In this document: positions 39,519 through 51,529 of the stretch, piece after piece
Numbering within the stretch: position 1 is the stretch's first letter
How the letters are laid out: each line of letters opens with the position of its first letter
Program-made: the position numbers and the translations under genes
The notes under the pieces: model-generated
Databases searched by the model: none
What the model saw: the letters and a program-made list of their open reading frames with translations, nothing else
Told to the model about the DNA's origin: nothing
Assembly (NCBI GenBank): GCA_965649825.1
Contig: OZ287703.1
Span: forward strand, 925,722 to 989,721
Source of the DNA: Penicillus capitatus
Lineage: Eukaryota > Plantae > Chlorophyta
DNA: 64,000 nucleotides
Direction of reading: 5' to 3'

Positions 39519-40532
39519 TTCGATCAAAAGGCGAAAAGGCGAAAACCGTTACGTCATCGAGATGGTCGAACTGAGATATAAAAGTGATGGTCGTTTGTTC
39601 TGGTGTCGGGAGTGCATGATACAGAAAGAATTCGATGAATGCTGAAACATAGATATTCGGCTGAGCGCGTTTGTAGGTACAAGGATCATGGCGTCTTTCA
39701 TATAAAAAGGACCTCTCAAAATTGAAATTTAACGATTCTTTGGAATCATTCGTGGACCGGAGAAATGACTTTTGGAAAAGCTGAACTGAAGAAATTCGTA
39801 TTGTTGTCGAAGCTCGTGTCGACGAATACGCGCAAACGTGGATGATTTCGCGCTAGTAGCAGGTAGAAGGTGGATATCGGCTGATAACAAGGTACCAAAA
39901 AGGCTGAATGAAAACACGTTTCCGCGTACTTTTACCATCTTGTATCCGAACCCCAAAAAGCGCTTTTTGTATAGGAAACTTGAACACTCTGATTGCGATC
40001 GCAAGAAACAACACTCTCTCTATATGTGAACTACTATTACCATTCCTAGCTAAGTGCTTGCCATTTGCTTTGCATTTCGTGTTTTACGTGGAAAGCGGGA
40101 TTTGTGTGTTGTTCGAAACGGATGAAAATTTTATTCATTTGAGTGTGTCCTTGTTGTCTGTCAGAGAGAAATATGTAATGGAGAGACGCAAAGGTAGATC
40201 TATCGTCTTTTGTGTCTTCTCGCACATGCAGCAGAGCAGACTCCGCACACGATTGGCGGAGTCTCATCGAATCAATTTTAAGACAAAACCAACATCGCAG
40301 CGAGGAGACTGCTGTTTGAAGGACAAAGATGGAAAAATGAACATTTTCTGAATATCAAAGATCTGTCCAGGTCGACTCGCATGCCAAACACAGCCGGTTA
40401 TCGTCACGATTCTGTGAAGAATCTAGGAACTGTAAGTGAGCGAAACGGTGAACGTCGTTACGGTTCGTTTTAATGTTTCTGTTCTTTTATTTCATCTAGG
40501 GAACAAACAGATTCGTCAAACGAACCGCAACG

Positions 40533-41303
40533 ATGTTCGCCGTTTCGATGATGATGATTCTTGGATCTCACCGAACCGCTAGGACTTCTCGCATCCAGAG
40601 TATGTCGACGTCACAGAGGATTTCTGGTAATGTGCCATCTCGTTGTGCAGGTTGCGGCCGACAGATCCGCGGCGCACGCTTCACGTTCTGTCTAGTGCAC
40701 GCCATATGCCGCAAGGTCGCCAATACGGCACTGAACTTCGATGGTCATCGGGTCGTGCGTGCCCTGCACTAACGTTCTCGAGGCCATGTACCCTTTTTAT
40801 CGATCGGGCGTCCTCGGTCAGTCGACGGCGGCGGAAATCGCAAGACGTCATTCGCTACACTACGGCGACGCGGTCTCATCAAAGTAAACTCTTCTGTCAT
40901 CTTCTCTACGTCGTTCTAACTAACCGTTTTCCTGTAGATTAAACCAAAACGCCAGGACGCTAACCCCGTTTACTGGCGTGACGAATCGACGAGCAGAGTG
41001 CTTCGTGTGCAACATCGTTGGTGACGATCCTTACGTTGCGCTTGGCTTCGAACATCTAGATATGGCCGTCGCTGCATTCAGGTAAGTGTATCTTGTGTAT
41101 GCAGTTACTAAAGTGTGTTTATTTGCAGATATGCGATATACGCAGCAGCAAAGCTGACGGTTGGAGAGAGAGTCACTTCGATTGGAAAGCTCGTGGAGAG
41201 AGCAGGAGATGGCGACAGTGGTGCAAAGATACCTGGAACCGGTTCTGGAGAGCGACGAAATGCTAGTGGCCAACATGCCACATCACGCGGTGATCGCGGT
41301 TGA
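40533..41303 (+). CDS. Hypothetical spliced protein, about 150 aa or more
   Basis: Two GTAA...AG introns (near 40885-40938 and 41082-41128) join exons into one frame (...FVCNIVGDDPYVALGFEHLDMAVAAFRYAIYAAAK...). 5' end uncertain; no family recognised. Confidence 0.4.
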
Positions 41304-41358
41304 CTTGGGGGAGGCGCCGAAATAACTTCGCGTCCTAGCTTGAGGTCGCTATTTCCCC

Positions 41359-41372
41359 TTCCAGTGCCTTAC
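41359..41372 (+). repeat. LINE target-site duplication, left copy
   Basis: TTCCAGTGCCTTAC, identical to 46869-46882. Confidence 0.92.
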
Positions 41373-41381
41373 AATCTTCTG

Positions 41382-42956
41382 ATGGAACGTTCATCACCAT
41401 CGCGAACGCGCGCAAAGCCGAAGGTCAAGGGCAGAAACAAGCCTCCAGACACCGCTCCGGCGGAACCACAACTTCCGCCTGACTTCCCAAAACGCCTGGC
41501 TTAGCGCGCAGCCCACGAGTCGGGCTTTCGACGGTTTGCCCGAGATAACGAAGCCTTCCTCCCGCTCCTAGACCAGGCCACGCTGAAAGCTGTCACCTCG
41601 GCAGTGCACCAGCCGGACTGGCTGATTTCGAAAGCAGAGCTGCCCTCGCTTGATAGCGAAGTGCTGCTAGGAGCTCTTCAACAGTATCTCCGCAGCTATC
41701 AAGACACTGACTCGAAGTGGGAAGCGGAACAAGACCAGACGTCAGAGGAGGATGAAGAGGACAAAATGAGTGGAATCTCGACGCACACCGCAAAGAGCCC
41801 CCAGGGCCCGACGGCCGCCCAGATGGAGGTCCCTGCCGAGCCCCAGCGCAACACGGCGGCACAGAAAGGAACCCCGTACTACTCGTTTGGCAGCTGGTTA
41901 GGAGAAATACACACAGGCATGAAACTGGCAAGGGAAGCGCTTCAAAGCCAACTACGAATGCTCAACTCCATGGCGGACGGCCTTGAACCCTCGGACGCAG
42001 ACATCAACAGCCTCACTCAGCTCGCCGCGGGAGCTCTAGGCACGATCAACGGGTTGGCAAGTGGCAGCGACCTCATGCTCGACCGCTACAAAGAATGCCG
42101 AGCCACAGCAGTCCCTCAGGCTGCCGCCGAAGCGCACCCAGAATCACACGCCGTAGGGGATCCCCCGCGCAGACGACCCCCTGCACCCCACTCTGGTAAT
42201 CTGCTCTCTTACAAGGACGCCGCCACCGCCGCTTCAACGACATCCCCAACACCCCGGATTGATGACAATCGGTCCGAGATGCTCCGCCGTCGTCGCGAAG
42301 TCTTCGGAGAGCTTAAAAAGGCCAACAGAGCAGATGAACGAGCCTTCCGGCTGCTCCAACCATCTAATCGTCTCCCGATGGCACTCGGCCTGGTAGGCAA
42401 AGCCTTCCTGGAGGGCATCAAATGGAAATCGTCAGAAGACTCCCCAATTGAAGACATCAGAAAGGATCCGCGTGGAAACTTCTACGTGCAAATCAAGCGT
42501 GCACAATTCAGACTCGTCACCAAAAGAGTTCAAGAAAACCGCAACGAAGAACAAAGCATCGATCTGCCATCTCTGGGCCCCACCCTCATTAAGGACCCCC
42601 GAAAATGTGAACGAGCCGGCTTGACACCGGCCGCCCTCACAAGAATTCACCAAGACTGGACCCTCGACCACGCCGCGGAGGAAATCTGGACATCCAACAA
42701 AGACAGATGGCAGCTAGGTCCCAACGCAACCCGCCAAGACCATATCATCCTGGAGCGTCGCCTCGCTCGCAGAGACCCGAACTCAGAAGACCCCTCGGTC
42801 CGAATCCCAAGTCAAACAATCAAGATCTGGCTCTCAAAAGAACTGGCCGCCCGGATCGAACGAGACGGTTGCGCCGTCAGATTCGACTACCAGATTCATG
42901 AGGTCCGGCGCTTCGAGGACACAACAGGTCGCCAACAGGCGACCCGCTCATTATGA
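41382..42956 (+). CDS. LINE ORF1 (gag-like, 524 codons) with one in-frame TAG at codon 41
   Basis: ATG at 41382 is in frame with the 41604 ORF; the only interruption is TAG at 41502-41504. Sequence on both sides of the TAG matches ORF1 of the left element (PDTAP; AA....FRR..R). Confidence 0.8.
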
Positions 42957-45900
42957 GCAGCACATCCTCAGCCGACACAGATCTCAGCCGTGATCACCCG
43001 CAAAGCATCCAGTCGCAGCTCCCCCCTCAATGGACTCATTGGCAGATAAATATGCATGGATCGCAACAAGCCATGGACATCCTTTCAAAGCACATCTCAG
43101 AGGAAGCAGTTGAAATAATCAGCGTCTCCGACCCAGCTTGGGTACTTCGAAGAGGTTGGGCCCCGCCGGGCTATGTCTCAATTCGTCCGCAGATTCAAGA
43201 GGAAGATGACGTTTTAGCGCTCCTCCTCATCAAGGCCAACCTGTCTTTCAAGACCCTCTTCTTGCCTGACGCCCGAGTCGCTGGTGTTGTACTTAAGTCA
43301 AACCGAAAGGACTGGTTCTTCCTTTCAGTATACATTCAACCAAACACCGGCATGGGTTTTGAAACAATTTCCACGCTGCTGCGAAACACACACAACTCGC
43401 AACAAACATGGTTCATCGCCGGAGATTTTAACTCAAGACACCCACGTTGGGGCCCGGAGGACACTCCTGAAACCAACAAGGCAGCAGGCATTCTGGATCT
43501 CTGTGATGACTTTCACCTCGCAATTCTCAACGAGTACCCCTGCCCCCCTACTTTCCGATCGCCAAACGGTCAAAGCTGGATCGATCTGACTCTCTGTTCC
43601 CAAAACTTGGCTGAATCATCGACGTGGACGGTCAGAGAAGATCTCATCTCGCTCTCGGACCATCAGATTGTGGAAACCAAGTTATGGCACTGCAGTCGTC
43701 CCCCCAAAAACGCATCCAGACAGAACTGGAGGAAGGCAGACTGGCCCGCCATCCGTAACTCCGTAAAGGAGGCGCTGGAAGGCTTCCCAGAAGCTACGCA
43801 CTGGAGGACGCTCAACTCCAGCGAGGGCTTCGATAGTCACTCGAAATTGTTCATTGAACTGATCCAGGAGGCCGCCAGACCACACGTGCCCCTCTCAGGA
43901 GCGCGAAAACCTAGGAAGCACTGGTGGAACGATGAGCTAGACCAGCTCTACAGGGTACTCAAAAGAGCCCTCCGCCGCAGAGAGAAACACAGAAGCCGTT
44001 TCGGTTGGACTCCAGACTGCCTTGAAGACGCAGTGTCCGACGCAAAAGCCCACCTCAAACATAACATTCGGAAGAACAAACGCGAAGCCTGGAGGGAATT
44101 CCTATCCAGCAACTCTGGAACCCAGTCTGACATGTGGCAAACAGTCAAGAAAATCACCCAGGCACAAAAGCGCCCAACACTGGACTTTGTGCAGAGCCAA
44201 AACGGCGAAATTCTCCATGACCCAGCAAATATCGCAGCGGCCTTGCAATCAAAGTTCTTCCCGACACCGGAAGACGTCTATCAAGACAACCCATGCACAT
44301 CAGCTACGCCCCTGCCCCGAATGCATATGGGTAATATTCCGCAGGTCTCCGAGATAGAAGCTAGGAAAGCCTTTGGCTGCGGCCGCCCCCTAGCGGCCCC
44401 TGGACCGGACGGCCTCCCCAAGGCAATCTTCCAGAGATGCATGCACAGTCTCAGTCCTCAACTCAAGGAACTCGCCTCAGCCAGCCTCCAGTTCGGCATA
44501 TGCCCCCATCACTGGAAGCTCTCTCAAGTCATAGCCCTACACAAGGGGAACAACCCAGGAAATGAGGTCGGTAAACTACGGCCCATCAGTCTCTTAAACA
44601 CGCTGGCAAAAGGCATGGAGACTCTCGTGGCTGCACGTCTGAAGTACTGGTCAGAGAAAAACATGATTCTAGACCCCTCTCAGTTCGGTTTCAGACCCGG
44701 AAAAAGCACAACAGATGCCCTGCTCACCGCTTCGGATTGGATCGCAGAACAAATGCAAAATGGTGACATTGTGTACGGTGTTGCCCTGGATCTTGTCGCG
44801 GCTTTTGACTCCATAAGCCGGGCTTATCTGGTTCAGACGCTCATACGACTAGAAGCCCCCCCGTATCTGATCCACTGGTGCAGCTCCTTTCTACAGGACC
44901 GCAAAGCAGAACTGCAGATCTCCGACTCTATCTTCACTTCGTCGACACTCGCCGGCGTCCCACAGGGATCTCCCTTGAGCCCGCTGCTATTCATCCTAGG
45001 GATCAATGCGGCCCTGCAGATCCCAAAGGACACCGGGGTGCATCTACAGGCGTATGCAGACGACATCCTCCTCCTATGCAGCGCGAACTCGGAAGAATTG
45101 GCTCGTCACAAGGCTCAGAAGACCTTGGACCTACTGGTGGAATGGAGCCGCAAAGCTGGAATGCAGTTCTCAGAAAAGAAATGCCTGGCAATAAGATTCC
45201 AAGCAAAGGTCAGACGAGCAGAGATGCTCCCGTTGTATCTGGGTTCGGCCAAGCTTAGAGCAGTCAAAAGCTGCAGATACTTAGGGATGATCCTGGATGA
45301 AAGACTCACTTGGAAACCGCACCTGCAATTTGCCCAACAGCGCGCCCGGGAACGTCTGGCAATCATCAGAAGGTTCTCAGCCAAGACCTGGGGCTTCTCA
45401 CCGGAAGCCATGTGGCAACTCACAACCAAGGCCCTGGAACCTGCACTGTACTACGGGGCGGAAGCTCTAAGCCGCATACAAAACTCCCCCCAACATCTGT
45501 CAATCCTCAACCGAGTCGTTCGCCAAGCTGGCCTCCTGATCTCGGGCTGCCTGAGAACGACCTCCTACGAAGCAGTGTTCGCCCTGGCTGGCCTCCTCCC
45601 GGCGCAAATGGAAATCAGACGCAGAATTCTCTACTGGCACCTCAAAAAGGACAGAGGGAAAATACCCCCGTTGGTCTCCGAACTGCACTCAGACAACCGC
45701 AAAGATCCTGGCCCACTCCGCCGCAGACTGACTGCCAGACAATGGCACCGGAACCTCGCAATCAAAGAGCAGCTGGAACTTCCACCGATGAAGCTGTGCA
45801 GTTTTTCCCCAGAGCTGGCGGGCTTCCTGGAAGCAAATGTAGATGAAGATCATCGTCCAGAATGGATACTTGCAGTGGCAGAGGCAGATCTGAACCTCAC

Positions 45901-46753
45901 AGACGGTACAAAAACGGCCATTGTCTGGCAGCTTACAGGGAGGCAGAAGATCGCAGGGAGAGGGGTTTTGGTTGCGCCACATCAATCAATAAAGGCGGAG
46001 GTGTTGGCAAGCATCCGAGAAGGTCTATACTCCCTAAGTGATCTCCTTCATGAAGCAAGCGGCTCACAGTCCCTCGGTATCATCGCACGGAGAAGCATAT
46101 ATCAACAAGAGCTTACATCTTCGTTCAACGTATGTAAGGACATGCACCTTATCCAACAGTGGTGGATCAAATGGACAATGGCTGGAAACCAAGTGAAATG
46201 GTTCACACAAAGCTGGTCCCCAGGACGAAGCCCTTACCAAGCAGCTAAACTCTCAGCAGAACACATTCTGATGCAAGCACGAAGGCTACCCCCTTCAGCG
46301 AAATACACAGCTCTCGGCTGGTGCAAAAGACACATCAGCTTCACCCTAAACAACTGGACACGAGAACAACTGGACAATGCTGATAAGGGAAGAGCAATCC
46401 TCGACCTAAACCCGCCGATGGGGAAAGGACATTTCCCCACAAGGAAACTCCAACGCACCGACGCCTCACGGGTCAATCAATTCCTGGCAAACCATTTCCC
46501 GTCCAAGGCATATCTCAGCCGCTTTCACTGTACAGAAGACGTGGAGACGTGCGTATGTGGTCAAGAAGTAGAAGATAGAGATCACCTGCTTTACTCCTGC
46601 CCCCGCTTTCACCGACGAAGGATGATTTACGGACAGGAATCTCAGGCTGAAGCGGATCAATCACACCCCCTTTGGAATGCCCCCCACGCTCTGGCGGCTT
46701 TCCTAGAAGAAATCGCTCAGGATTGGCAGCAGCAAGGAAGGACATGGCACTGA
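42953..46753 (+). CDS. LINE ORF2: APE endonuclease + reverse transcriptase + degenerate RNase H-like region + C-terminal CCHC
   Basis: APE: QINMHGS, GDFNSRH, SWIDLT, SDH. RT: PGPDG, LRPISLL, QFGFRPG, DLVAAFDS, GVPQGSPLSPLLF, YADD, YLG. Terminal CVCGQEVEDRDHLLYSC. Open for 1266 aa. Confidence 0.97.
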   Translation: MSSTSSADTDLSRDHPQSIQSQLPPQWTHWQINMHGSQQAMDILSKHISEEAVEIISVSDPAWVLRRGWAPPGYVSIRPQIQEEDDVLALLLIKANLSFKTLFLPDARVAGVVLKSNRKDWFFLSVYIQPNTGMGFETISTLLRNTHNSQQTWFIAGDFNSRHPRWGPEDTPETNKAAGILDLCDDFHLAILNEYPCPPTFRSPNGQSWIDLTLCSQNLAESSTWTVREDLISLSDHQIVETKLWHCSRPPKNASRQNWRKADWPAIRNSVKEALEGFPEATHWRTLNSSEGFDSHSKLFIELIQEAARPHVPLSGARKPRKHWWNDELDQLYRVLKRALRRREKHRSRFGWTPDCLEDAVSDAKAHLKHNIRKNKREAWREFLSSNSGTQSDMWQTVKKITQAQKRPTLDFVQSQNGEILHDPANIAAALQSKFFPTPEDVYQDNPCTSATPLPRMHMGNIPQVSEIEARKAFGCGRPLAAPGPDGLPKAIFQRCMHSLSPQLKELASASLQFGICPHHWKLSQVIALHKGNNPGNEVGKLRPISLLNTLAKGMETLVAARLKYWSEKNMILDPSQFGFRPGKSTTDALLTASDWIAEQMQNGDIVYGVALDLVAAFDSISRAYLVQTLIRLEAPPYLIHWCSSFLQDRKAELQISDSIFTSSTLAGVPQGSPLSPLLFILGINAALQIPKDTGVHLQAYADDILLLCSANSEELARHKAQKTLDLLVEWSRKAGMQFSEKKCLAIRFQAKVRRAEMLPLYLGSAKLRAVKSCRYLGMILDERLTWKPHLQFAQQRARERLAIIRRFSAKTWGFSPEAMWQLTTKALEPALYYGAEALSRIQNSPQHLSILNRVVRQAGLLISGCLRTTSYEAVFALAGLLPAQMEIRRRILYWHLKKDRGKIPPLVSELHSDNRKDPGPLRRRLTARQWHRNLAIKEQLELPPMKLCSFSPELAGFLEANVDEDHRPEWILAVAEADLNLTDGTKTAIVWQLTGRQKIAGRGVLVAPHQSIKAEVLASIREGLYSLSDLLHEASGSQSLGIIARRSIYQQELTSSFNVCKDMHLIQQWWIKWTMAGNQVKWFTQSWSPGRSPYQAAKLSAEHILMQARRLPPSAKYTALGWCKRHISFTLNNWTREQLDNADKGRAILDLNPPMGKGHFPTRKLQRTDASRVNQFLANHFPSKAYLSRFHCTEDVETCVCGQEVEDRDHLLYSCPRFHRRRMIYGQESQAEADQSHPLWNAPHALAAFLEEIAQDWQQQGRTWH

Positions 46754-46868
46754 GATGGTCCCCGGCACGGGGCGACTGTACCTCTGAACATTAGACTCAG
46801 CCCTCTCCTCTGATGTTTAACTTGAAAAGGGGATGTAAGAAGCGCCAATTTTATTTATTTATTATATA

Positions 46869-46882
46869 TTCCAGTGCCTTAC
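46869..46882 (+). repeat. LINE target-site duplication, right copy
   Basis: TTCCAGTGCCTTAC, directly after the AT-rich tail. Confidence 0.92.
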
Positions 46883-47625
46883 GAGACGCCGTTTTCGCGA
46901 CGTTACCTGTCGACGCGGTCCATCGATCCGCAGGTGCCACTTGTGGGATCAGCAGAGGCAATGGAGGTCGTGGAAGAAGAGATCGTTGCACTCGATATCG
47001 GTAATCGACGCGAAGGATCGTTCCAGTGTAACGCAAGGTAGTTCCCCTTCCAGTGACATCTGTCGGCAGAAGGGGTACCTCTTGTAAGCCCTTGCGGTTT
47101 GCATTGGCTACCGACCCGCCTCATCGGTCCAGCTTAACAAGCTATAGCCTATTACTACATTGCATCGATTTGATTACCAAGGATATTGAAAAGTTGATTG
47201 GTACTGATGATCGTTTACAAATTTCTCTCCTCTTACACGCTCGCTAGTAATCGTCGGAGAATAGGAATCATCTAAAGTAGTATAGAAACTTATTTGAATA
47301 AACTACGAGCCCCTCACATACCCTCCGGCAATGGACTGTAATCCATTCGACGTATTTCACACGACGCGGATCCTAAAGTCGTCTCCCGAAGGAGATTATC
47401 ATTTCCGTCGAAATCCCCGTTAAAAGGGGAGCGTGGTGTGCACTTTTCGAAGAAAACCGTTACCTGTGCTTGACCGTCGCAACGTAAGACACCCACACGT
47501 TCAGCAAATAACTACTCTTAACTAAGCCGTGCCTAGAAATCGACAATATCGAAGCAAAACGAGCGTTTCGTCCACATACGGACTTTATCACGAGTTGTTA
47601 CTGAGATCGATATGAGAACCTCCTC

Positions 47626-50600
47626 TTGAAGATGCCGACGAACGTGAACGATATCGACGACGTCCTGCGACGGCAGGCGCTCGAGCGCGCACTTTTCGCT
47701 TTCGAAACATCGAAGCCCAAGGCTTCTGGCGCCGGATTCGCTGCGGAAGGTCCGACAGACGTGTTCGGATTAGATTACCACCACGACGACTATGCAATGA
47801 AAGCTCAACAACAGTCTCCCCATCATCGAGCATGGTACTAACATTCATCCGTTTCGTCCAGGACGTCCTTTAGGGGTGACACCTATGCACAGGAAGCAAC
47901 TCCCTTTAAGAGTTCCGTCACTCTTGCAATCGTCACCCACACTGAAGGAAGAGATCGAACAACTCATCGGAAACAAAATAGAGACGACAGACAGACAAGG
48001 TCGCCTAGTCAGGAGTTACTCTTGAAAACAGCTGTTTACACTTTCCAGGCGACGTATTCACTTTATCCTTTCTTTTCAAGCACCGCGCTTCCGACCGGAT
48101 CTCAATGCGGCTGATGCTTTGCCGGATGGAGCGACTCCTGCTCGAGGACGAGACCACCACATGTCCTCAGCAATTATCTTCCCTCGAAGTACTTTATCCC
48201 ACTGTCTCAAACGAAGAGACCACAGATGCATCGACAGGCGGTTTACAAAGGCGCTCTGTTTTTAACACACGAACTCTCTGTCGGCTGTTACGAGAGAGGC
48301 GCCTTGCTTGCTTGTCTGTGGAATTACTACACGGCCTTCCTCGACACACGGCTCCAATCCCATCGCACCGATCTGAACGACGCGACAAAGAAGATCCAGG
48401 ACCTCGAACGCAAGAATAAGAGGTGCTGCTCTGGTGTCTGTCTCCGAGAGATCGGATGGTGGAGATTTAGACTGGAGTCACGACTGGACTGGGTTTACGA
48501 AGCTAAACGCGAGATGGCAAACGTCACATTGGAAAACGAACGACTCCGTCGGGCGCTTTTCATCGCGGAAACGGAACGCGATTTCTTGATCCGCAAAGGA
48601 GATGAGGGACCGAAGCAGAATTTCGCAAGACAACGATGGGCTCTAGCCATTCGACTCATACAGAACAAGGAACAGATTAAGCAACTGAAAGTGCCGCGAG
48701 CCTGCATTGAGTTCTGCACGTGTAGCGTCGACACGCTCTCTGTTGTAGAAAGATATCAAACAATTGTCCGTCTGCGCGGCATATGCAGGCGAAACGGCGA
48801 AATGCCTTCACCAGCAAGTGCACACGTTCGGCGACAGTCCTTTTGACGCTGCTGCTGCCGACGTTCTTCAAGATTCACTCGATGGACTCCACGACATCAC
48901 TGCGGTGAGCATTTTCATCACCTATTGCAAGAGCGTGTTTCTTTTCCGTGTGGCAGGTTTGTTCGAAGGCAGTCGATGAACATCACGTCCTGCAAAACGA
49001 GACATTGCCTCACAGGGAGCTGGTCGGTGTATCGTGACGGAAGATTTGTTTCGGATGCTAAACGTTGCTGCCGTAGGCGGAAGGATTTTTTCATCGCTTT
49101 GGGAATTGTTCGGAGGAAAAGACACCGAGCTTGAAGACGCAGACACAGGAGCGCGTTTGTCCTCCGTGCGAATTGGAACAGAGGATTGAGACGTTTCTCG
49201 TCGCCCAGGAAAACGAAATCGTCAGTACGTCACCCACCGAACCGTCCCAGCGCTAAATGTTTGACCCTTCTTTCAGCTGAACTCAAAGCGGCATGCCAAT
49301 GTGAAAGGCCTCCTGCCACATTCGCATCGGAGAACGGCGACGTGAAGAGCGAAGCGACAAAAGAATCTGCTGCTGTTATTCCAGTCACCGACAACATTAA
49401 TGGCACAACGTCGACGTCGCTCTTTCCCGTCGACAACGAAGTCCGTTCAAATGCCAACGAGGGACAGAAGGAGAGCTGCAAGACAGAATTCAGATGCACT
49501 TCGCCTAAGACGCCGGGCCCCTTCCAGAACAAGAGCCATCCGTTTGTCCCGTCAAGCAGCAAAGAATCTGGCCACATTGAGCGAGGGTCCGCGCATGTCG
49601 ATGGCTCAGATCGTGACGATTCGAGCGAGCATTGGAGGCAGAAATGCTCTCTGTTGGAAACGCGGATTCAGGAACTCGAGCAGAAACTCGAAAGCATTGC
49701 TGATAGAGATGGTCGCACTGTGGAAACGGAAAGGACGCCTGCACAGGCGCACCGCGTGCCATCGACGATAGCCGTGCGAAGAATGGAGGATAAGGACTGC
49801 CAGACAGATCCAGTTTCGTTTCTCTCGCCGCGAAGCCATCCAGCCAGAAAAACGAAAGCCGCCAAAACGATACAGGTGATCAGAGCGCCCGATCTCCGAC
49901 GCCGTCTGAGCTTCGCACCAGGCGGCCTATCGATCACATACATCGAGATTACGCGCAAAGCGGCTGGGAGACGGGAGTGATGTCCCGAAGAGATCAGGCT
50001 CGGAAACGGACGGGAAAGGGAAGGACGCGACGGCCGAGAGAGACACGTGCGAAGCCAAGGCGGCTTTTGCATCGGGTCTGTTTATTCCGGCCGATGCGCG
50101 GCTGCTTGACATTCTCAAGAAACAAGGCAAAGCCCGTGTGCGTTCCAAGGAATGGCTCCTGAGATTCATCGACGATCTCTACAGGTTGAGCCAATCGGCC
50201 AAGAGATAAGCAACCGACAGCCTGCACACACTCTTGTCTGGTCTCGTAGGGCGAAGTGGCAGAACGATGAGCAACGGGTTCAGGGTGGCATGAGTGTTCA
50301 GTCGCTCGCCAACTTTATGTTCAAACACCTCAACGGTCCGTCTCAATGCGATGCAGCGCTCCTCGATGGATTGCTGAATCTTTAGGGTACTACGGTGCGA
50401 AATCGCTCGTCAATGAATACAGTGCAAGTGTCGTGGCTTGCATCCATAAGTTTCATCGAGAGGACATCCGGGTGCAACTCTTCGGACACTTTCTCTCGGA
50501 GTTGTGGGACGCCGGGACACTTCATGTCTTTCTTCGCGGTTTTGGAAAACTGCTCGAACCGTCGCGTGTGGCGTGCATTGAACTGCCAACGGAGTCTAAC

Positions 50601-51529
50601 AGGTAACGCACGTTGTTGCGTTCAAGACGGCGCTATGGTACGTCTGTCAGTAGGAAGGATCCCGCACTGGTGGATGTCGGTAAGTGCTGTGATATCGCTG
50701 AGATGATCATCGGGCCGACAACCAGCGCTCTGAAAGAAGCCTTTCGCGAACAGCTGTTGGCAAAAAGCACGACGATTGTAGAGGAGGAAACCATCATGCG
50801 TTACTTCGTTACGCCTGGAGCGGAGTTTAAGGAAGCGCTTGCGATGAAGGCGGCTGTTTCGGCGAGTGGCGGCTGCTACGTTGTCCCGGACATCGTCTTT
50901 CTCGCGACACTGTGCACCGAACACATTCGTTGCGAACGGGCGTTGTCCGACGAACTGCCCACCATCTTCAAAGTGCCGTCCGTTGCCTTTAAACGGTAGC
51001 ACGTTCAAAACACGTCGCCTCTACTAGGACACGGATACCAATCGAGACGGGATGCTTTCGAAGGATGAGATTGGCGAGATGCTGGGGCAGTTCTACGACA
51101 CCTCGGCGACACCGGCGTTGATGGTGGAGGAAACGATCGAAGAGTTTTGGGAAGAATGTGTCTTTCTTCAATGTGTTCAACACAAGGGCGCGCCATGGAG
51201 AAGAAGAAAGGCCGTGTCGGACGGCGAGGCTCAAAACGTCGAGAGTATCGGATTCCGGGTGAGCAGCGTGAGAATCTCCTGTCTCTAGCTGTGACGCACA
51301 GGCATTCTCGGAAGCGGCAATGAAGAACGCAGTGATCCGTGCTTACGTCAGACGACATCGAACACCCGTTCCGTCAGAAGAAACTAGCGAAACGGAAGTC
51401 GAGAATACGGGACGCTGCTTGGTCTTGTCGATGGACAGACTGTGGAGACTGAATAGGAATGCCATGCTTCATTGCATCGGCCAGACAGAAAACCAGGAAT
51501 CCGTGATCAGAGAACTGGTCTTGCTGTGA
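47626..51529 (+). CDS. Large multi-exon coiled-coil protein with an axonemal dynein light chain-like motif
   Basis: HELSVGCYERGALLACLW resembles the p28/AXDND-type motif (xxCxERGxLL); coiled coils and an S/E-rich low-complexity middle; the later helical segment (YGAKSLVNEY...IRVQLFGHFL) weakly recalls TSNAXIP1-like proteins. Boundaries approximate. Confidence 0.45.

Larger units (their letters stand above)
41373..46868 (+). mobile_element. Full-length non-LTR retrotransposon (APE-type LINE), about 5.5 kb
   Basis: ORF1 and ORF2 overlap by ATGA at 42953-42956. (TTTA)n(TA)n 3' tail. Exact 14-bp TSD TTCCAGTGCCTTAC at 41359-41372 and 46869-46882. Confidence 0.96.

Noticed and set aside
40640-40715. 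ZZ-type zinc finger-like CAGCGRQIRGARF
   Set aside because: The later Cys/His ligands are not correctly spaced, the frame closes at 40772, and the spliced gene seems to use another frame.
41502-41504. TAA/TAG read as Gln (a non-canonical code known in some ulvophyte algae)
   Set aside because: Long ORFs (1266, 563, 476 and 370 aa) have no internal TAA/TAG, and DOLK, WDR82, NPF and mTERF end in TAG or TAA at the expected positions.
47042-47055. TTCCCCTTCCAGTG repeats the LINE pre-insertion sequence (41353-41366), hinting at target specificity
   Set aside because: One 14-bp match, and the TSD of the related left element shares no motif with it.
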